This document shows positions 35,192 to 49,089 of a DNA stretch of 64,000 nucleotides, piece after piece. The notes beneath the pieces were generated by a model. The model saw only the letters and a program-made list of their open reading frames with translations. It made no database searches and was not told the origin of the DNA. Source of the DNA: Macrostomum hystrix (Eukaryota; Animalia; Platyhelminthes); NCBI GenBank assembly GCA_950097015.1, contig CATNEN010000029.1, positions 1,674,001 to 1,738,000 on the forward strand, written 5' to 3'. A program made the translations under genes and the position numbers. Position 1 is the first letter of the stretch; each line of letters opens with the position of its first letter.

Positions 35192-35301
35192 CACCTGGAA
35201 GCATGTCAATCTGTTGTCTAGTGTGAAGCTTAATTTGCACTGATTTGATTTGATTTGACATGACTTTACATGAAAACTAAATTTCACGTGACTGAGTTTT
35301 C

Positions 35302-36490
35302 TTATTCACCCAGCTCAGTGTGTGTGAGAGAGTGACAAGTTGTGATTCACCCAGCTCAGTGTGTGTGAGAGAGTGACAAGCTGTGATTCACCCAGCTCAG
35401 TGTGTGTGAGAGAGTGACAAGCTGTGATTCACCCAGCTCAGTGTGTGTGAGAGAGTGACAAGCTGTAATTCACCCAGCTCAGTGTGTGTAAGAGAGTGAC
35501 AAGCAGTGATTCACCCAGCTCAGTGTGTGTGAGAGAGTGACAAGCTGTGATTCACCCAGCTCAGTGTGTGTGTGAGAGTGACAAGCTGTGATTCACCCAG
35601 CTCAGTGTGTGTGAGAGAGTGACAAGCTGTGATTCACCCAGCTCAGTGTGTGTGAGAGAGTGACAAGCTGTGATTCACCCAGCTCAGTGTGTGTGAGAGA
35701 GTGACAAGCTGTGATTCACCCAGCTCAGTGTGTGTGAGAGAGTGACAAGCTGTGATTCACCCAGCTCAGTGTGTGTGAGAGAGTGACAAGCTGTGATTCA
35801 CCCAGCTCAGTGTGTGTGAGAGAGTGACAAGCTGTGATTCACCCAGCTCAGTGTGTGTGAGAGAGTGACAAGTTGTGATTCACCCAGCTCAGTGTGTGTG
35901 AGAGAGTGACAAGCTGTGATTCACCCAGCTCAGTGTGTGTGAGAGAGTGACAAGCTGTGATTCACCCAGCTCAGTGTGTGTGAGAGAGTGACAAGCTGTA
36001 ATTCACCCAGCTCAGTGTGTGTAAGAGAGTGACAAGCAGTGATTCACCCAGCTCAGTGTGTGTGAGAGAGTGACAAGCTGTGATTCACCCAGCTCAGTGT
36101 GTGTGTGAGAGTGACAAGCTGTGATTCACCCAGCTCAGTGTGTGTGAGAGAGTGACAAGCTGTGATTCACCCAGCTCAGTGTGTGTGAGAGAGTGACAAG
36201 CTGTGATTCACCCAGCTCAGTGTGTGTGAGAGAGTGACAAGCTGTGATTCACCCAGCTCAGTGTGTGTGAGAGAGTGACAAGCTGTGATTCACCCAGCTC
36301 AGTGTGTGTGAGAGAGTGACAAGCTGTGATTCACCCAGCTCAGTGTGTGTGAGAGAGTGACAAGCTGTGATTCACCCAGCTCAGTGTGTGTGAGAGAGTG
36401 ACAAGCTGTGATTCACCCAGCTCAGTGTGTGTGAGAGAGTGACAAGCTGTGATTCACCCAGCTCAGTGTGTGTATGTGTGAGAGAGTGAC
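35302..36490. repeat. 41-bp minisatellite (GATTCACCCAGCTCAGTGTGTGTGAGAGAGTGACAAGCTGT)n, ~29 units
   Basis: Directly visible and highly homogeneous. Confidence 0.97.
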
Positions 36491-36566
36491 AAAATATTGT
36501 AAAGTAGTTAAACATGTTAATTTATTCTTTTTTGCAATAAATATAAGAATCGAGCATATGCGGGCT

Positions 36567-37335
36567 ATTATCTGAGTCGTATCCTATTATCTGGGTCGTA
36601 TCCTATTATCTGAGTCGTATCCTATTATCTGGGTCGTATCCTATTATCTGAGTCGTATCCTATTATCTGGGTCGTATCCTATTATCTGGGTCGTATCCTA
36701 TTATCTGAGTCGTATCCTATTATCTGGGTCGTATCCTATTATCTGAGTCGTATCCTATTATCTGAGTCGTATCCTATTATCTGGGTCGTATCCTATTATC
36801 TGGGTCGTATCCTATTATCTGAGTCGTATCCTATTATCTGAGTCGTATCCTATTATCTGGGTCGTATCCTATTATCTGAGTCGTATCCTATTATCTGAGT
36901 CGTATCCTATTATCTGGGTCGTATCCTATTATCTGGGTCGTATCCTATTATCTGAGTCGTATCCTATTATCTGAGTCGTATCCTATTATCTGAGTCGTAT
37001 CCTATTATCTGAGTCGTATCCTATTATCTGAGTCGTATCCTATTATCTGAGTCGTATCCTATTATCTGAGTCGTATCCTATTATCTGAGTCGTATCCTAT
37101 TATCTGAGTCGTATCCTATTATCTGAGTCGTATCCTATTATCTGAGTCGTATCCTATTATCTGAGTCGTATCCTATTATCTGAGTCGTATCCTATTATCT
37201 GAGTCGTATCCTATTATCTGAGTCGTATCCTATTATCTGAGTCGTATCCTATTATCTGAGTCGTATCCTATTATCTGAGTCGTATCCTATTATCTGAGTC
37301 GTATCCTATTATCTGAGTCGTATCCTATTATCTGG
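36567..37335. repeat. 19-bp minisatellite (TATTATCTGAGTCGTATCC)n, ~40 units
   Basis: Directly visible; A/G variants are mixed in the 5' half and the 3' half is uniform. Confidence 0.97.
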
Positions 37336-37519
37336 TTCCTCGTGACATGGCATTCTTTAATATTATGAAGGCTTTCTAACTAAGCATTAGAACAGGAAGA
37401 GCTACCGAAGATAGGATCCAGATTTTTAAGCTTTGGCTGAATTGGGCCTGTGAAATCTGAGCTAGTTAAAATACCAGATGAATTCCATAGCCGAATCGCG
37501 TGCACAACTGTATGCTGTG

Positions 37520-37533
37520 GTTGCCATGACAAC
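37520..37533. promoter_or_regulatory. Consensus RFX X-box GTTGCCATGACAAC (orphan)
   Basis: Near-palindromic 14-bp match to the X-box consensus with no gene start identified nearby. Confidence 0.5.
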
Positions 37534-38174
37534 GGAAAGCGAATGCCAGAAGATGTGCAGAGAGAATTGTTCGTCTACACTGGAGTCTAAAAGATAAAGC
37601 AAGGAAGAATATGTTTACTGGGGCCAATCTTCTCGTTTCACGCCTTCTCCCGACCTGAGTTGAAAAAATGCCAGGCACATTCCTCTTTTCATCCGTTATT
37701 TTCACTCCTCGTCACGACTTCCTTCCCCCAGTCTTTACACTTTCTCTGCTTTCCTGCCTATAGGCATTTCTTGCTATGCGCCGGGCCGCTAGGAGATTGC
37801 GGGGCCGGGAAGAGGAAGAGAGTTAGCTTTGGGAAAGGTATGTCAAAGGACTTTTGCTCCAATCGCTCGAGAGAAAAGAGAGAGAGCGTCGAGTGAAATC
37901 CCATTTTCCACCGTTTCCAGCGTCAATCTATTCGGGCGGAACAAGAAAATGAGGGTTAAAAAACAGAGGATATAGGAGGCTGAGGATAAAGTAGGATTTG
38001 AAGAGGCCGCTGTGACAGATGTGGGAATAGCCGGAGCATAGGCTGAGGAGTTGGTCAGGCCAGAGAGAGAGAAAGTAGCTCAAAAGAATAGACTGCTTGC
38101 TGCCGACACACCCGAACCTACCTGCCCAATGTACGAGTATGTGGCTTAAACTACACTTAACAATCAGTTAGTCC

Positions 38175-41100
38175 GTGAGTAACTCACACACTCACTCACT
38201 CTCTCATTCTCTCACTCACTTAATATCTCACTCACTCACTCTCTCACTCATTCTCTCACTCACTCACTCTCTCACTCACTTATTATCTCACTCACTCATT
38301 CTCTCACTCGCTCATTCTCTCACTTACTCATTCACTCACTCATTCACTCACTCACTCATTCTCTCACTCACTCATTCTCTCACTCGCTCATTCACTCACT
38401 CATTCTCTCACTCGCTCATTCTCTCACTTACTCATTCACTCACTCATTCACTCACTCACTCATTCTCTCACTCACTCATTCTCTCACTCGCTCATTCACT
38501 CACTCATTCTCTCACTCGCTCATTCTCTCACTTACTCATTTACTCACTCATTCTCTCACTCACTTATTATCTCACTCACTCATTCTCTCACTCACTTATT
38601 ATCTCACTCACTCATTCTCTAGCTCACTCATTCTCTCACTCATTCTCTCACTCACTTATTATCTCACTCACTCATTCTCTCACTCACTCATTCTCTCACT
38701 CACTCATTCTCTCACTCACTCATTCTCTCACTCACTCATTCTCTCACTCGCTCATTCACTCACTTATTCTCTCACTCATTCTCTCACTCATTCTCTCACT
38801 CACTCATTCTCTCGCTCATTCTCTCACTCTCTCATTCACTCACTCATTCTCTCACTCACTCATTCTCTCACTGGCTCATTCTCTCACTCACTCATTCACT
38901 CACTCATTCTCTTACTCATTCTCTCACTCACTCATTCTCTCACTCACTCATTCTCTCACTCACTCATTCTCTCACTCACTCATTCTCTCACTCACTCATT
39001 CTCTCACTCACTCATTCTCTCACTCACTCATTCTCTCACTCACTCATTCTCTCACTCACTCATTCTCTCACTCACTCATTCTCTCACTCACTCGTACTGA
39101 CGAAGGAACTCCCAAATCACTAAAAACTCACAAACTCACTTTAATGTTTGGAGAAGATTCAAATATTAAAAAGACAATATATAATGGAACGCATTGTCAA
39201 AGCGTAACTGATCAAATTAACGATTCGAAATAATTTGGCAGCTACGTATTAGTAAAATAATGGCGCGACTTATGTACGTACATCATCTTCGTGTCTTCTC
39301 AGATTCCATTTTATGACATTGATGCAATAAAAGTACAAACCTTAGTTGCACTAAATGTTCAACTAAAACAATCGACTTCATGAGGGCGAGACAGGCAAAA
39401 ATAAGTTGTAGTTCTCATTTTTCCTATTTCTATAGTACGAGCGTACGAGTAAAATATTGAGAGAATCCTTATTAGACAAAATACTACAATATCACTCAGT
39501 AATTAGTAGCCTACTCTCTGACATGAGTTCATACTCATCCTCATTATTATGCGCCCTTATTTCAAATTTTTAGCAGCTGTCTGTCACTCATTAAATCGAT
39601 TCTCGTTCTTAAATTCTTTACTTTAAATCCCTCTTTTTTTATCCCACACGGACTCCGATCCCAGCAACAATGCGACTGACTGCGCTGGGCATCTTTGAAG
39701 CGGGAATAAAATTAGCAGCCATTTGACGGACTCACGACCGGGACTTGAGGTGTTCCCCCGGCACTAAACCTTAAGTTACCGTTGCTTCTAGTTGATTGCC
39801 TCCCGTAACAATTCTTAATTAATGCTTTCTTGATAGAAGCACGCAAGAGAAAAATACTTTCTGCTAATTCCACTCTTGAAGTCATATGCAAACTCACTTC
39901 TGCCGATACTAAAAAACCGTACAAAACCACCGACTCACTTAAACATGAACTCATCTACTTAACCTGGAACTTAACCACTTTGGAACTCACTCACTCGGGA
40001 ACCTCTGGAACTCACCCGGGGACACACTCCACTCTAGACCTCACTCATCACTCTGAAACTCATTCACCCTCTCAGAAGCTCACTTGCTCACTCCGAAACT
40101 CACTCGCTGACTCTGGAACTCACTCACTCTCTAACTCACTCACTCTTGAACTCACTCACCCTTGAACTCTCTCACTCTGGAACTCACTCACTCTCTAACT
40201 CACTCACGCTCTAACTCACTCACTCTCTAACTCACTCACCCTTGAACTCACTCACTCTCTAACTCACTCACCCTTGAACTCACTCACTCTCTAACTCACT
40301 CACCCTTGAACTCACTCACTCTTGAACTCACTCACTCTTGAACTCACTCACTTTGGAACTCTCTCACTCTGGAACTCACTCACTCTCTAACTCACTCACC
40401 CTTGAACTCACTCACTCTCTAACTCACTCACCCTTGAACTCACTCACTCTTGAACTCACTCACTTTGGAACTCACTCACCCTTGAACTCACTCACTCTTG
40501 AACTCACTCACTCTTGAACTCACTCACTTTGGAACTCACTCACCCTTGAACTCACTCACTCTTGAACTCACTCACTCACTCTTGAACTCACTCACTCTTG
40601 AACTCACTCACTCACTCTTGAACTCACTCACTCTTGAACTCACTCACTTTGGAACTCTCTCACTCTGGAACTCACTCACTCTTGAACTCACTCACTCACT
40701 CTTGAACTCACTCACTCTTGAACTCACTCACTCACTCTTGAACTCACTCACTCTTGAACTCACTCACTCACTCTTGAACTCACTCACTCTTGAACTCACT
40801 CACTCTTGAACTCACTCACTTTGGAACTCACTCACTCTTGAACTCACTCACTTTGGAACTCACTCACTCTTGAACTCACTCACTCACTCTTGAACTCACT
40901 CACTCTTGAACTCACTCACTCACTCTTGAACTCACTCACTCTTGAACTCACTCACTCTTGAACTCACTCACTTTGGAACTCTCTCACTCTGGAACTCACT
41001 CACTCTTGAACTCACTCACTCACTCTTGAACTCACTCACTCTTGAACTCACTCACTCACTCTTGAACTCACTCACTCTTGAACTCACTCACTCTTGAACT

Positions 41101-44100
41101 CACTCACTCTTGAACTCACTCACTTTGGAACTCTCTCACTCTGGAACTCACTCACTCTTGAACTCACTCACTCACTTTTGAACTCACTCACTCTTGAACT
41201 CACTCACTCACTCTTGAACTCACTCACTCTTGAACTCACTCACTCTTGAACTCACTCACCCTTGAACTCTCTCACTCTGGAACTCACTCACTCTCTAACT
41301 CACTCACGCTCTAACTCACTCACTCTCTAACTCACTCACTCTTGAACTCACTCACTCTCTAACTCACTCACTCTAGAACTCACTCACTCTAGAACTCACT
41401 CACTCTAGAACTCACTCACTCTAGAACTCACTCACTCTAGAACTCACTCACTCTTGAACTCACTCACTCTAGAACTCACTCACTCTTGAACTCACTCACT
41501 CTTGAACTCACTCACTCTTGAACTCACTTATTATCTCACTCACTCATTCTCTAGCTCACTCATTCTCTCACTCATTCTCTCACTCACTTATTATCTCACT
41601 CACTCATTCTCTCACTCACTCATTCTCTCACTCACTCATTCTCTCACTCACTCATTCTCTCACTCACTCATTCTCTCACTCGCTCATTCACTCACTTATT
41701 CTCTCACTCATTCTCTCACTCATTCTCTCACTCACTCATTCTCTCGCTCATTCTCTCACTCTCTCATTCACTCACTCATTCTCTCACTCACTCATTCTCT
41801 CACTGGCTCATTCTCTCACTCACTCATTCACTCACTCATTCTCTTACTCATTCTCTCACTCACTCATTCTCTCACTCACTCATTCTCTCACTCACTCATT
41901 CTCTCACTCACTCATTCTCTCACTCACTCATTCTCTCACTCACTCATTCTCTCACTCACTCATTCTCTCACTCACTCATTCTCTCACTCACTCATTCTCT
42001 CACTCACTCATTCTCTCACTCACTCGTACTGACGAAGGAACTCCCAAATCACTAAAAACTCACAAACTCACTTTAATGTTTGGAGAAGATTCAAATATTA
42101 AAAAGACAATATATAATGGAACGCATTGTCAAAGCGTAACTGATCAAATTAACGATTCGAAATAATTTGGCAGCTACGTATTAGTAAAATAATGGCGCGA
42201 CTTATGTACGTACATCATCTTCGTGTCTTCTCAGATTCCATTTTATGACATTGATGCAATAAAAGTACAAACCTTAGTTGCACTAAATGTTCAACTAAAA
42301 CAATCGACTTCATGAGGGCGAGACAGGCAAAAATAAGTTGTAGTTCTCATTTTTCCTATTTCTATAGTACGAGCGTACGAGTAAAATATTGAGAGAATCC
42401 TTATTAGACAAAATACTACAATATCACTCAGTAATTAGTAGCCTACTCTCTGACATGAGTTCATACTCATCCTCATTATTATGCGCCCTTATTTCAAATT
42501 TTTAGCAGCTGTCTGTCACTCATTAAATCGATTCTCGTTCTTAAATTCTTTACTTTAAATCCCTCTTTTTTTATCCCACACGGACTCCGATCCCAGCAAC
42601 AATGCGACTGACTGCGCTGGGCATCTTTGAAGCGGGAATAAAATTAGCAGCCATTTGACGGACTCACGACCGGGACTTGAGGTGTTCCCCCGGCACTAAA
42701 CCTTAAGTTACCGTTGCTTCTAGTTGATTGCCTCCCGTAACAATTCTTAATTAATGCTTTCTTGATAGAAGCACGCAAGAGAAAAATACTTTCTGCTAAT
42801 TCCACTCTTGAAGTCATATGCAAACTCACTTCTGCCGATACTAAAAAACCGTACAAAACCACCGACTCACTTAAACATGAACTCATCTACTTAACCTGGA
42901 ACTTAACCACTTTGGAACTCACTCACTCGGGAACCTCTGGAACTCACCCGGGGACACACTCCACTCTAGACCTCACTCATCACTCTGAAACTCATTCACC
43001 CTCTCAGAAGCTCACTTGCTCACTCCGAAACTCACTCGCTGACTCTGGAACTCACTCACTCTCTAACTCACTCACTCTTGAACTCACTCACCCTTGAACT
43101 CTCTCACTCTGGAACTCACTCACTCTCTAACTCACTCACGCTCTAACTCACTCACTCTCTAACTCACTCACCCTTGAACTCACTCACTCTCTAACTCACT
43201 CACCCTTGAACTCACTCACTCTCTAACTCACTCACCCTTGAACTCACTCACTCTTGAACTCACTCACTCTTGAACTCACTCACTTTGGAACTCTCTCACT
43301 CTGGAACTCACTCACTCTCTAACTCACTCACCCTTGAACTCACTCACTCTCTAACTCACTCACCCTTGAACTCACTCACTCTTGAACTCACTCACTTTGG
43401 AACTCACTCACCCTTGAACTCACTCACTCTTGAACTCACTCACTCTTGAACTCACTCACTTTGGAACTCACTCACCCTTGAACTCACTCACTCTTGAACT
43501 CACTCACTCACTCTTGAACTCACTCACTCTTGAACTCACTCACTCACTCTTGAACTCACTCACTCTTGAACTCACTCACTTTGGAACTCTCTCACTCTGG
43601 AACTCACTCACTCTTGAACTCACTCACTCACTCTTGAACTCACTCACTCTTGAACTCACTCACTCACTCTTGAACTCACTCACTCTTGAACTCACTCACT
43701 CACTCTTGAACTCACTCACTCTTGAACTCACTCACTCTTGAACTCACTCACTTTGGAACTCACTCACTCTTGAACTCACTCACTTTGGAACTCACTCACT
43801 CTTGAACTCACTCACTCACTCTTGAACTCACTCACTCTTGAACTCACTCACTCACTCTTGAACTCACTCACTCTTGAACTCACTCACTCTTGAACTCACT
43901 CACTTTGGAACTCTCTCACTCTGGAACTCACTCACTCTTGAACTCACTCACTCACTCTTGAACTCACTCACTCTTGAACTCACTCACTCACTCTTGAACT
44001 CACTCACTCTTGAACTCACTCACTCTTGAACTCACTCACTCTTGAACTCACTCACTTTGGAACTCTCTCACTCTGGAACTCACTCACTCTTGAACTCACT

Positions 44101-44560
44101 CACTCACTTTTGAACTCACTCACTCTTGAACTCACTCACTCACTCTTGAACTCACTCACTCTTGAACTCACTCACTCTTGAACTCACTCACCCTTGAACT
44201 CTCTCACTCTGGAACTCACTCACTCTCTAACTCACTCACGCTCTAACTCACTCACTCTCTAACTCACTCACTCTTGAACTCACTCACTCTCTAACTCACT
44301 CACTCTAGAACTCACTCACTCTAGAACTCACTCACTCTAGAACTCACTCACTCTAGAACTCACTCACTCTAGAACTCACTCACTCTTGAACTCACTCACT
44401 CTAGAACTCACTCACTCTTGAACTCACTCACTCTTGAACTCACTCACTCTTGAACTCACTCACTCTTGAACTCGCTCACTCAAGAACTCACTCACTCTAG
44501 AACTCACTCACTTTTGAACTCACTCACTCTAGTACTCACTCTGGAACTCACTCACTAAAA
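38175..44560. repeat. CTCA-based microsatellite complex containing a 2,932-bp tandem duplication (~38591-41522 and ~41523-44454)
   Basis: The ~0.9-kb unique core at 39095-39990 recurs at 42027-42922. ORF-track pairs are offset by exactly 2932 (39712/42644, 39830/42762, 40498/43430). Confidence 0.95.
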
Positions 44561-45116
44561 AATCTCACAGCCATTTTGTACAGCCTATGAATTGTCAGTG
44601 TTGCACTGAATAGCTTTGATGTGCCGTCAGTGCGTGTCGTAACTTGTTCAACAAACCAGTTGTCCAGAGCGGCGAAAATGAGATTGAGATTGGCGCCCGG
44701 GCAATCAAAAGTTTCCAGGTTACAGGTTTCCAGCTGAAATCGAATTACAGTGCTCGGATTAGAGACCGGGTGCCAAAATGCACCCGAGTCCACTCGCCTA
44801 TCCAGAAGCGGCTCTCATCTGTCTGATGAAGTTCTTGTTTCTGTCGAGTCCCACTCGGAGCCTGATTCGATTTTCAATGAGCGGCAAGAAAAATTAGAGA
44901 TAGAGATTCTCTTTCTGGGCCATCAGATTCTCGAGCCACTCCAGCGGAACAACAAATTATGACACTGGCACTGACGCGCCGAGATTCATCGACGCGGAAT
45001 TTTTTACTCCTGTTGGCGTCTGTTAACTTCGGCCGATATTCGACACTGTCCGTGCTGCACTACTTCTAGTACGAGGGGTCGCATTTTTTGAAAGAATCGC
45101 ATTTACTGCATACGAA

Positions 45117-45360
45117 GCCTAAATACGACACTAGGGGGTGTCGGACTCACGACTTGAAGGTCGGGGGTTCGATTCTCTACTTCAATGTAACAATTTGTGT
45201 CCTTTAACAAGACACTTATAACTCTGCATTGCTTCAGTTCACCCAGCTGTTAAATGGGTGCCATAATTATCTGGGTAATTGAGGGTGGGTGTGGCGTTCC
45301 CCCAGTCCATGGACTGAACAGCCGTACGCAGCCTTCAGATGCGCCGCGCAATAGCTGCGG
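45117..45360 (+). mobile_element. tRNA-derived CORE-type SINE (family B)
   Basis: tRNA-like head with B-box GGTTCGATTC followed by the CORE-like TGTGTCCTTTAACAAGACACTTATAACTCTGCATTGCTTCAGTTCACCCAGCTGTTAAATGGGTGCC. An inverted copy lies at 49090-49309. Confidence 0.78.
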
Positions 45361-46090
45361 CTGTGCTGTCGGCTGCACATCTGACCCAATCTGGGCAGAT
45401 GTAATAAATAAGAAAATTTTTTTTATTTTTATAGTTGCTAGGGAGCTGAGGGCACATCGAAATATTTTTAATTTCTCTTTTAAAATAAACCCGACACGTT
45501 TTTCGATACATGTCGGAAAACTTCTATCTAAGAACTGTAGTATTAACCTACAAGGTTGATATAAAAAGTAAATTCAACCGAAACGTAGTTTTATCCTACT
45601 AATGGCTACGAAATACTTTTTTGAAGTATTTTTTAACCGCAAGATTAGCGAACAATATTTCCGTGAGAGCTTAGGGAGAATGAGTGGGGAATTTTAGTAT
45701 AATGACAGTCTTCCAGCTGTTAGGGCTCCTAAAAATTGAGGATCAGAGAACCGATAATAGTTCAGAGTTTCACCCCAAACAAAAAGGAATAGACTTATTC
45801 TCTCCTCCCTTTAGGGTTGGCTGCATAGTTGTGCTCAAGGTGTGCTCAAAACCACTCTATCGCTTATCTGTGTGTTCGATTCGTTTGAGCTGGAGCTTAT
45901 ATAAAATTAGCATTCGACACTCATTCAGTCAGTCGATGAGCTCGGCTAGCAACCAGTTCCCACCGGACCAGATGCGGTTGCAGTTGAAGGTCAGAGCTGT
46001 TTGACGACTGATCAGCTGATCAAGGTCAGCTTCTTGAGAATAGGTTATTATCAATTGTGACCGAAAAATATTTTCACAGCTAACAAAATC

Positions 46091-47496
46091 ATGAAGGTAA
46101 GAAACAGCGACTACAATTTCAACATATTCATCTGCTAATCTGAATATCAATCTGAAGATTGATAACAGTGACATGTCCAGCAGATTGATAACAGTGACAT
46201 GTCCAGCAGATTGATAACAGTGACATGTCCAGCAGATTGATAACAGTGACATATCTAGCAGATTGATAACAGTGTCATATCTAGCAGATTGATAACAGTG
46301 ACATATCTAGCAGATTGATAACAGTGACATATCTAGCAGATTGTAGATTGATAACAGTGACATATCTAGCAGATTGATAACAGTGACATATCTAGCAGAT
46401 TGATAACAGTGACATATCTAGCAGATTGATAACAGTGACATATCTAGCAGATTGATAACAGTGACATATCTAGCAGATTGATAACAGTGTCAGATCTAGC
46501 AGATTGATAACAGTGTCAGATCTAGCAGATTGATAACAGTGACATATCTAGCAGATTGATAACAGTGACATATCTAGCAGATTGATAATAGTGTCATATC
46601 TAGCAGATTGATAATAGTGTCATATCTAGCAGATTGATAACAGTGTCATATCTAGCAGATTGATAACAGTGTCAGATCTAGCAGATTGATAACAGTGACA
46701 GTTCTAGTCGATCGATAAGTTAATACGGTGATGCGTTGATAAGTCGATGCGTTGATAATTTGATAAGTTGATTAGTTGATAACTTGATTTTTTCACTTTT
46801 TTGCTGCAGCTGCTGGTCGTCGCTTTGCTTTTTCTGTGCTTTTGTAGCCCCAGCTGCCTCGCCTGTTGGTCATCTCACCGGGCTAGCGAGAAATGCAGCA
46901 GCAGCAGCAGCAGCAGCAGTGAAGTGGCTTCGGCAGTGGCAGCCGCCGCATCGCACTCGGCAATCGAGTGCAATCCGTTTGAGAGGCCCGCGCTGAACTG
47001 CAGCGGTGCCGGAGCGGCCTGCCACGGGTACAAGTGCGTCTGCTCCTCCACCGGCCATGTCTACGTCGCCGGACGCGGCTGTCGCGATGTTGACGAGTGT
47101 CGCGAATTGCCACAGCCCTGCCGAGGTCCCGGAGTCACCTGTCTGAACGTGAACGGTGGCTATCAGTGCATCTGCGAGGCTGAGGGACACCAGTACCACC
47201 CGTTTAAGGGCTGCGGCTCGCACAACTCCTGCCACTTCCCGTTCAAGTACAAGGGCGCTTACTATCACCACTGCATCAGATCGCAGCACCATAGGCTCTG
47301 GTGCAGCCGCACCGCCGACTATGACAAGGACCGGCAGTTCATCAACTGCGCAGCCGAATTCGTCAGCCTTCACTGCCACTTCCCGTTCAAGTACAAAGGC
47401 CGCGAATATAAGAGCTGCATTGGCAACGGCAGCGAGAAGTGGTGCGCCACCACTTATAACTATGATCTGGATGGCCGTTGGGACATCTGCTATTAG
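46091..47496 (+). CDS. Secreted EGF-like / Ca-binding EGF / 2x fibronectin type II protein, ~230 aa; exons 46091-46096 (ATG AAG) and 46810-47496
   Basis: ATGAAG|GTAAGA spliced to TTTTTTGCTGCAG|CTG gives the signal peptide MKLLVVALLFLCFCSPSCLA. cbEGF DVDEC..C..CLNVNGGYQCIC is followed by two FN2 repeats CHFPFKYKG..Y..C..WC..T.(D/N)YD.D..(F/W)..C. Confidence 0.87.
46160..46705. repeat. 26-bp intronic minisatellite (AGCAGATTGATAACAGTGACATATCT)n
   Basis: Directly visible, ~20 units, inside intron 46097-46809. Confidence 0.95.
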
Positions 47497-47710
47497 TGGG
47501 CCAAGAACTCACAACTGGGTGTTGGTGCTGTTTTACTACTATGATTCGCGTGTGACAGACTACTGCGAGTAGGAGAGTTTGAGAATTAATTTCGATTTGG
47601 AAGATTACACAGAAATAAATCAAGAATGTAGTGATGCATGGTTTAAAAGGGCCAATATTTTCTTTTTTAGAGTCTCAAAAAACGTACCTTTAGTTCACTT
47701 GTTGCTTCGG

Positions 47711-47997
47711 GAGTGAGTGGCAGAGCGGCTAACGCGTTTGCCTTTCGCACCTCTGGGCTATGGGCTCGATTCCGCGGCGAGGCCACATTCATTTGGGGCG
47801 CAGCTGCGGAGAGAAGGCTTGGAGGCTTGTCGTACAATTTACGCCCTTGAGGGCCAACCTCCAAGGCACAGTTAAAGTGTACACTGCCTGACGATGAGAA
47901 AGTCATGGCAGATGTACACACCTGTGTGAGAGTGTGCCTGCGTACAGTATATTTGTGAGCGTGGCCTCAAAAGTCAGCGAATTGGGCAGAATTGCCT
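47711..47997 (+). mobile_element. tRNA-derived SINE family A, near full length
   Basis: A-box-like TGGCAGAGCGG and B-box GGGCTCGATTCC; the body is shared with four other copies in the window. Confidence 0.82.
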
Positions 47998-49089
47998 GAT
48001 GTGCAATGTTTTCAGAGAGGATTCGGTGCCCTCCAATCAAGTAAATGCTTTATTAATGACAATATTTTTATTTATCGCGTCTACCAAAGAATAAATTTGG
48101 TCCATTTGCGGCTCGCCGATCATGCCAATCTATGTTCGCTAGTTCATCTGCAGCACGAAACAGGCGTGAGGTAAATGGAACACATTGAGATGATGGCATC
48201 AGCCGTACTGGAGGGCTGCATGATCTCAAATCCCTGCAGTAAACTCATTTCATCTATAGCCCCGGCCCTCAAATTCTGATCCCGCGACTAAACTCAAAAG
48301 CTGCTTCTACTAATCTGTTAATCCCTGAAGCACAGGTGCGCATGGAGTAGAGTTTTCTTTATTTTCCAAACGAAGGAAAATTTCATACAGTCGGGCAGGC
48401 AGGCAGAAGTAGTGCGGCATTTGTTTGACGGAGCGCAAGCGGTAGTGAACTCGGGGAAGAGATTATCCCGCAATCTCGGCGGCGAGTAAGACCGGGATGA
48501 GGAATTTGGCCCAGTCAGCTGACGGGGATTTGCAGAGGCGCTGACCGCGTGCGAATTTCAAGAAGCTGCGACGCCTGATTGAATTATCCCCCCCTCCCCG
48601 TCGGTGTCCACTTCTCCCATCGCGCTCTCGGGTCCGCCAAATCCCCTCGATCTGACAAGCCGCCCGCCCCACTCGGCTGAAATTCAATCGCAATCCGAAT
48701 AGAGAGACACGGATAAGAATGAAGGCGCAACACACAAAATTCTATCGTACTGAGATTGAGTCGGTTTAGTTTAGGCAGCAGAAATTAGCTAGCTCGCACG
48801 TGTTGACAGCTCTATCGGGTTGAAGGGTCCTCTTCTGAAGCTCGAGCCAAGCTACTTCAGTGCATGTGCGCTGTCGAGTGAGACCTTTGAGACATCCAAC
48901 TGGCTCAACTAGAGAGTCAACTTAAATAGATAGACGGACACTTCCAAAGACTGTGTACAAGTCACGGTGTCCAAGTCACGATGTACAAGTCGTCGTTGTA
49001 CAAGAGAGGCAACAACCAAAATGACTTAAAATCGTTACTTATATGCTTTACAGTTCTGTGAACTGAATAACTAGGGAGTTAAGTGTCGA

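Noticed and set aside
38175-43741. SLTH and NSLTLELTH repeat ORFs
   Set aside because: These are translations of CTCA-based microsatellites.
44548-45060. Coding-like unique sequence with short ORFs on both strands
   Set aside because: Frames are interrupted by stops and no motif was recognised. It may be a decayed TE or gene; tblastx is needed.
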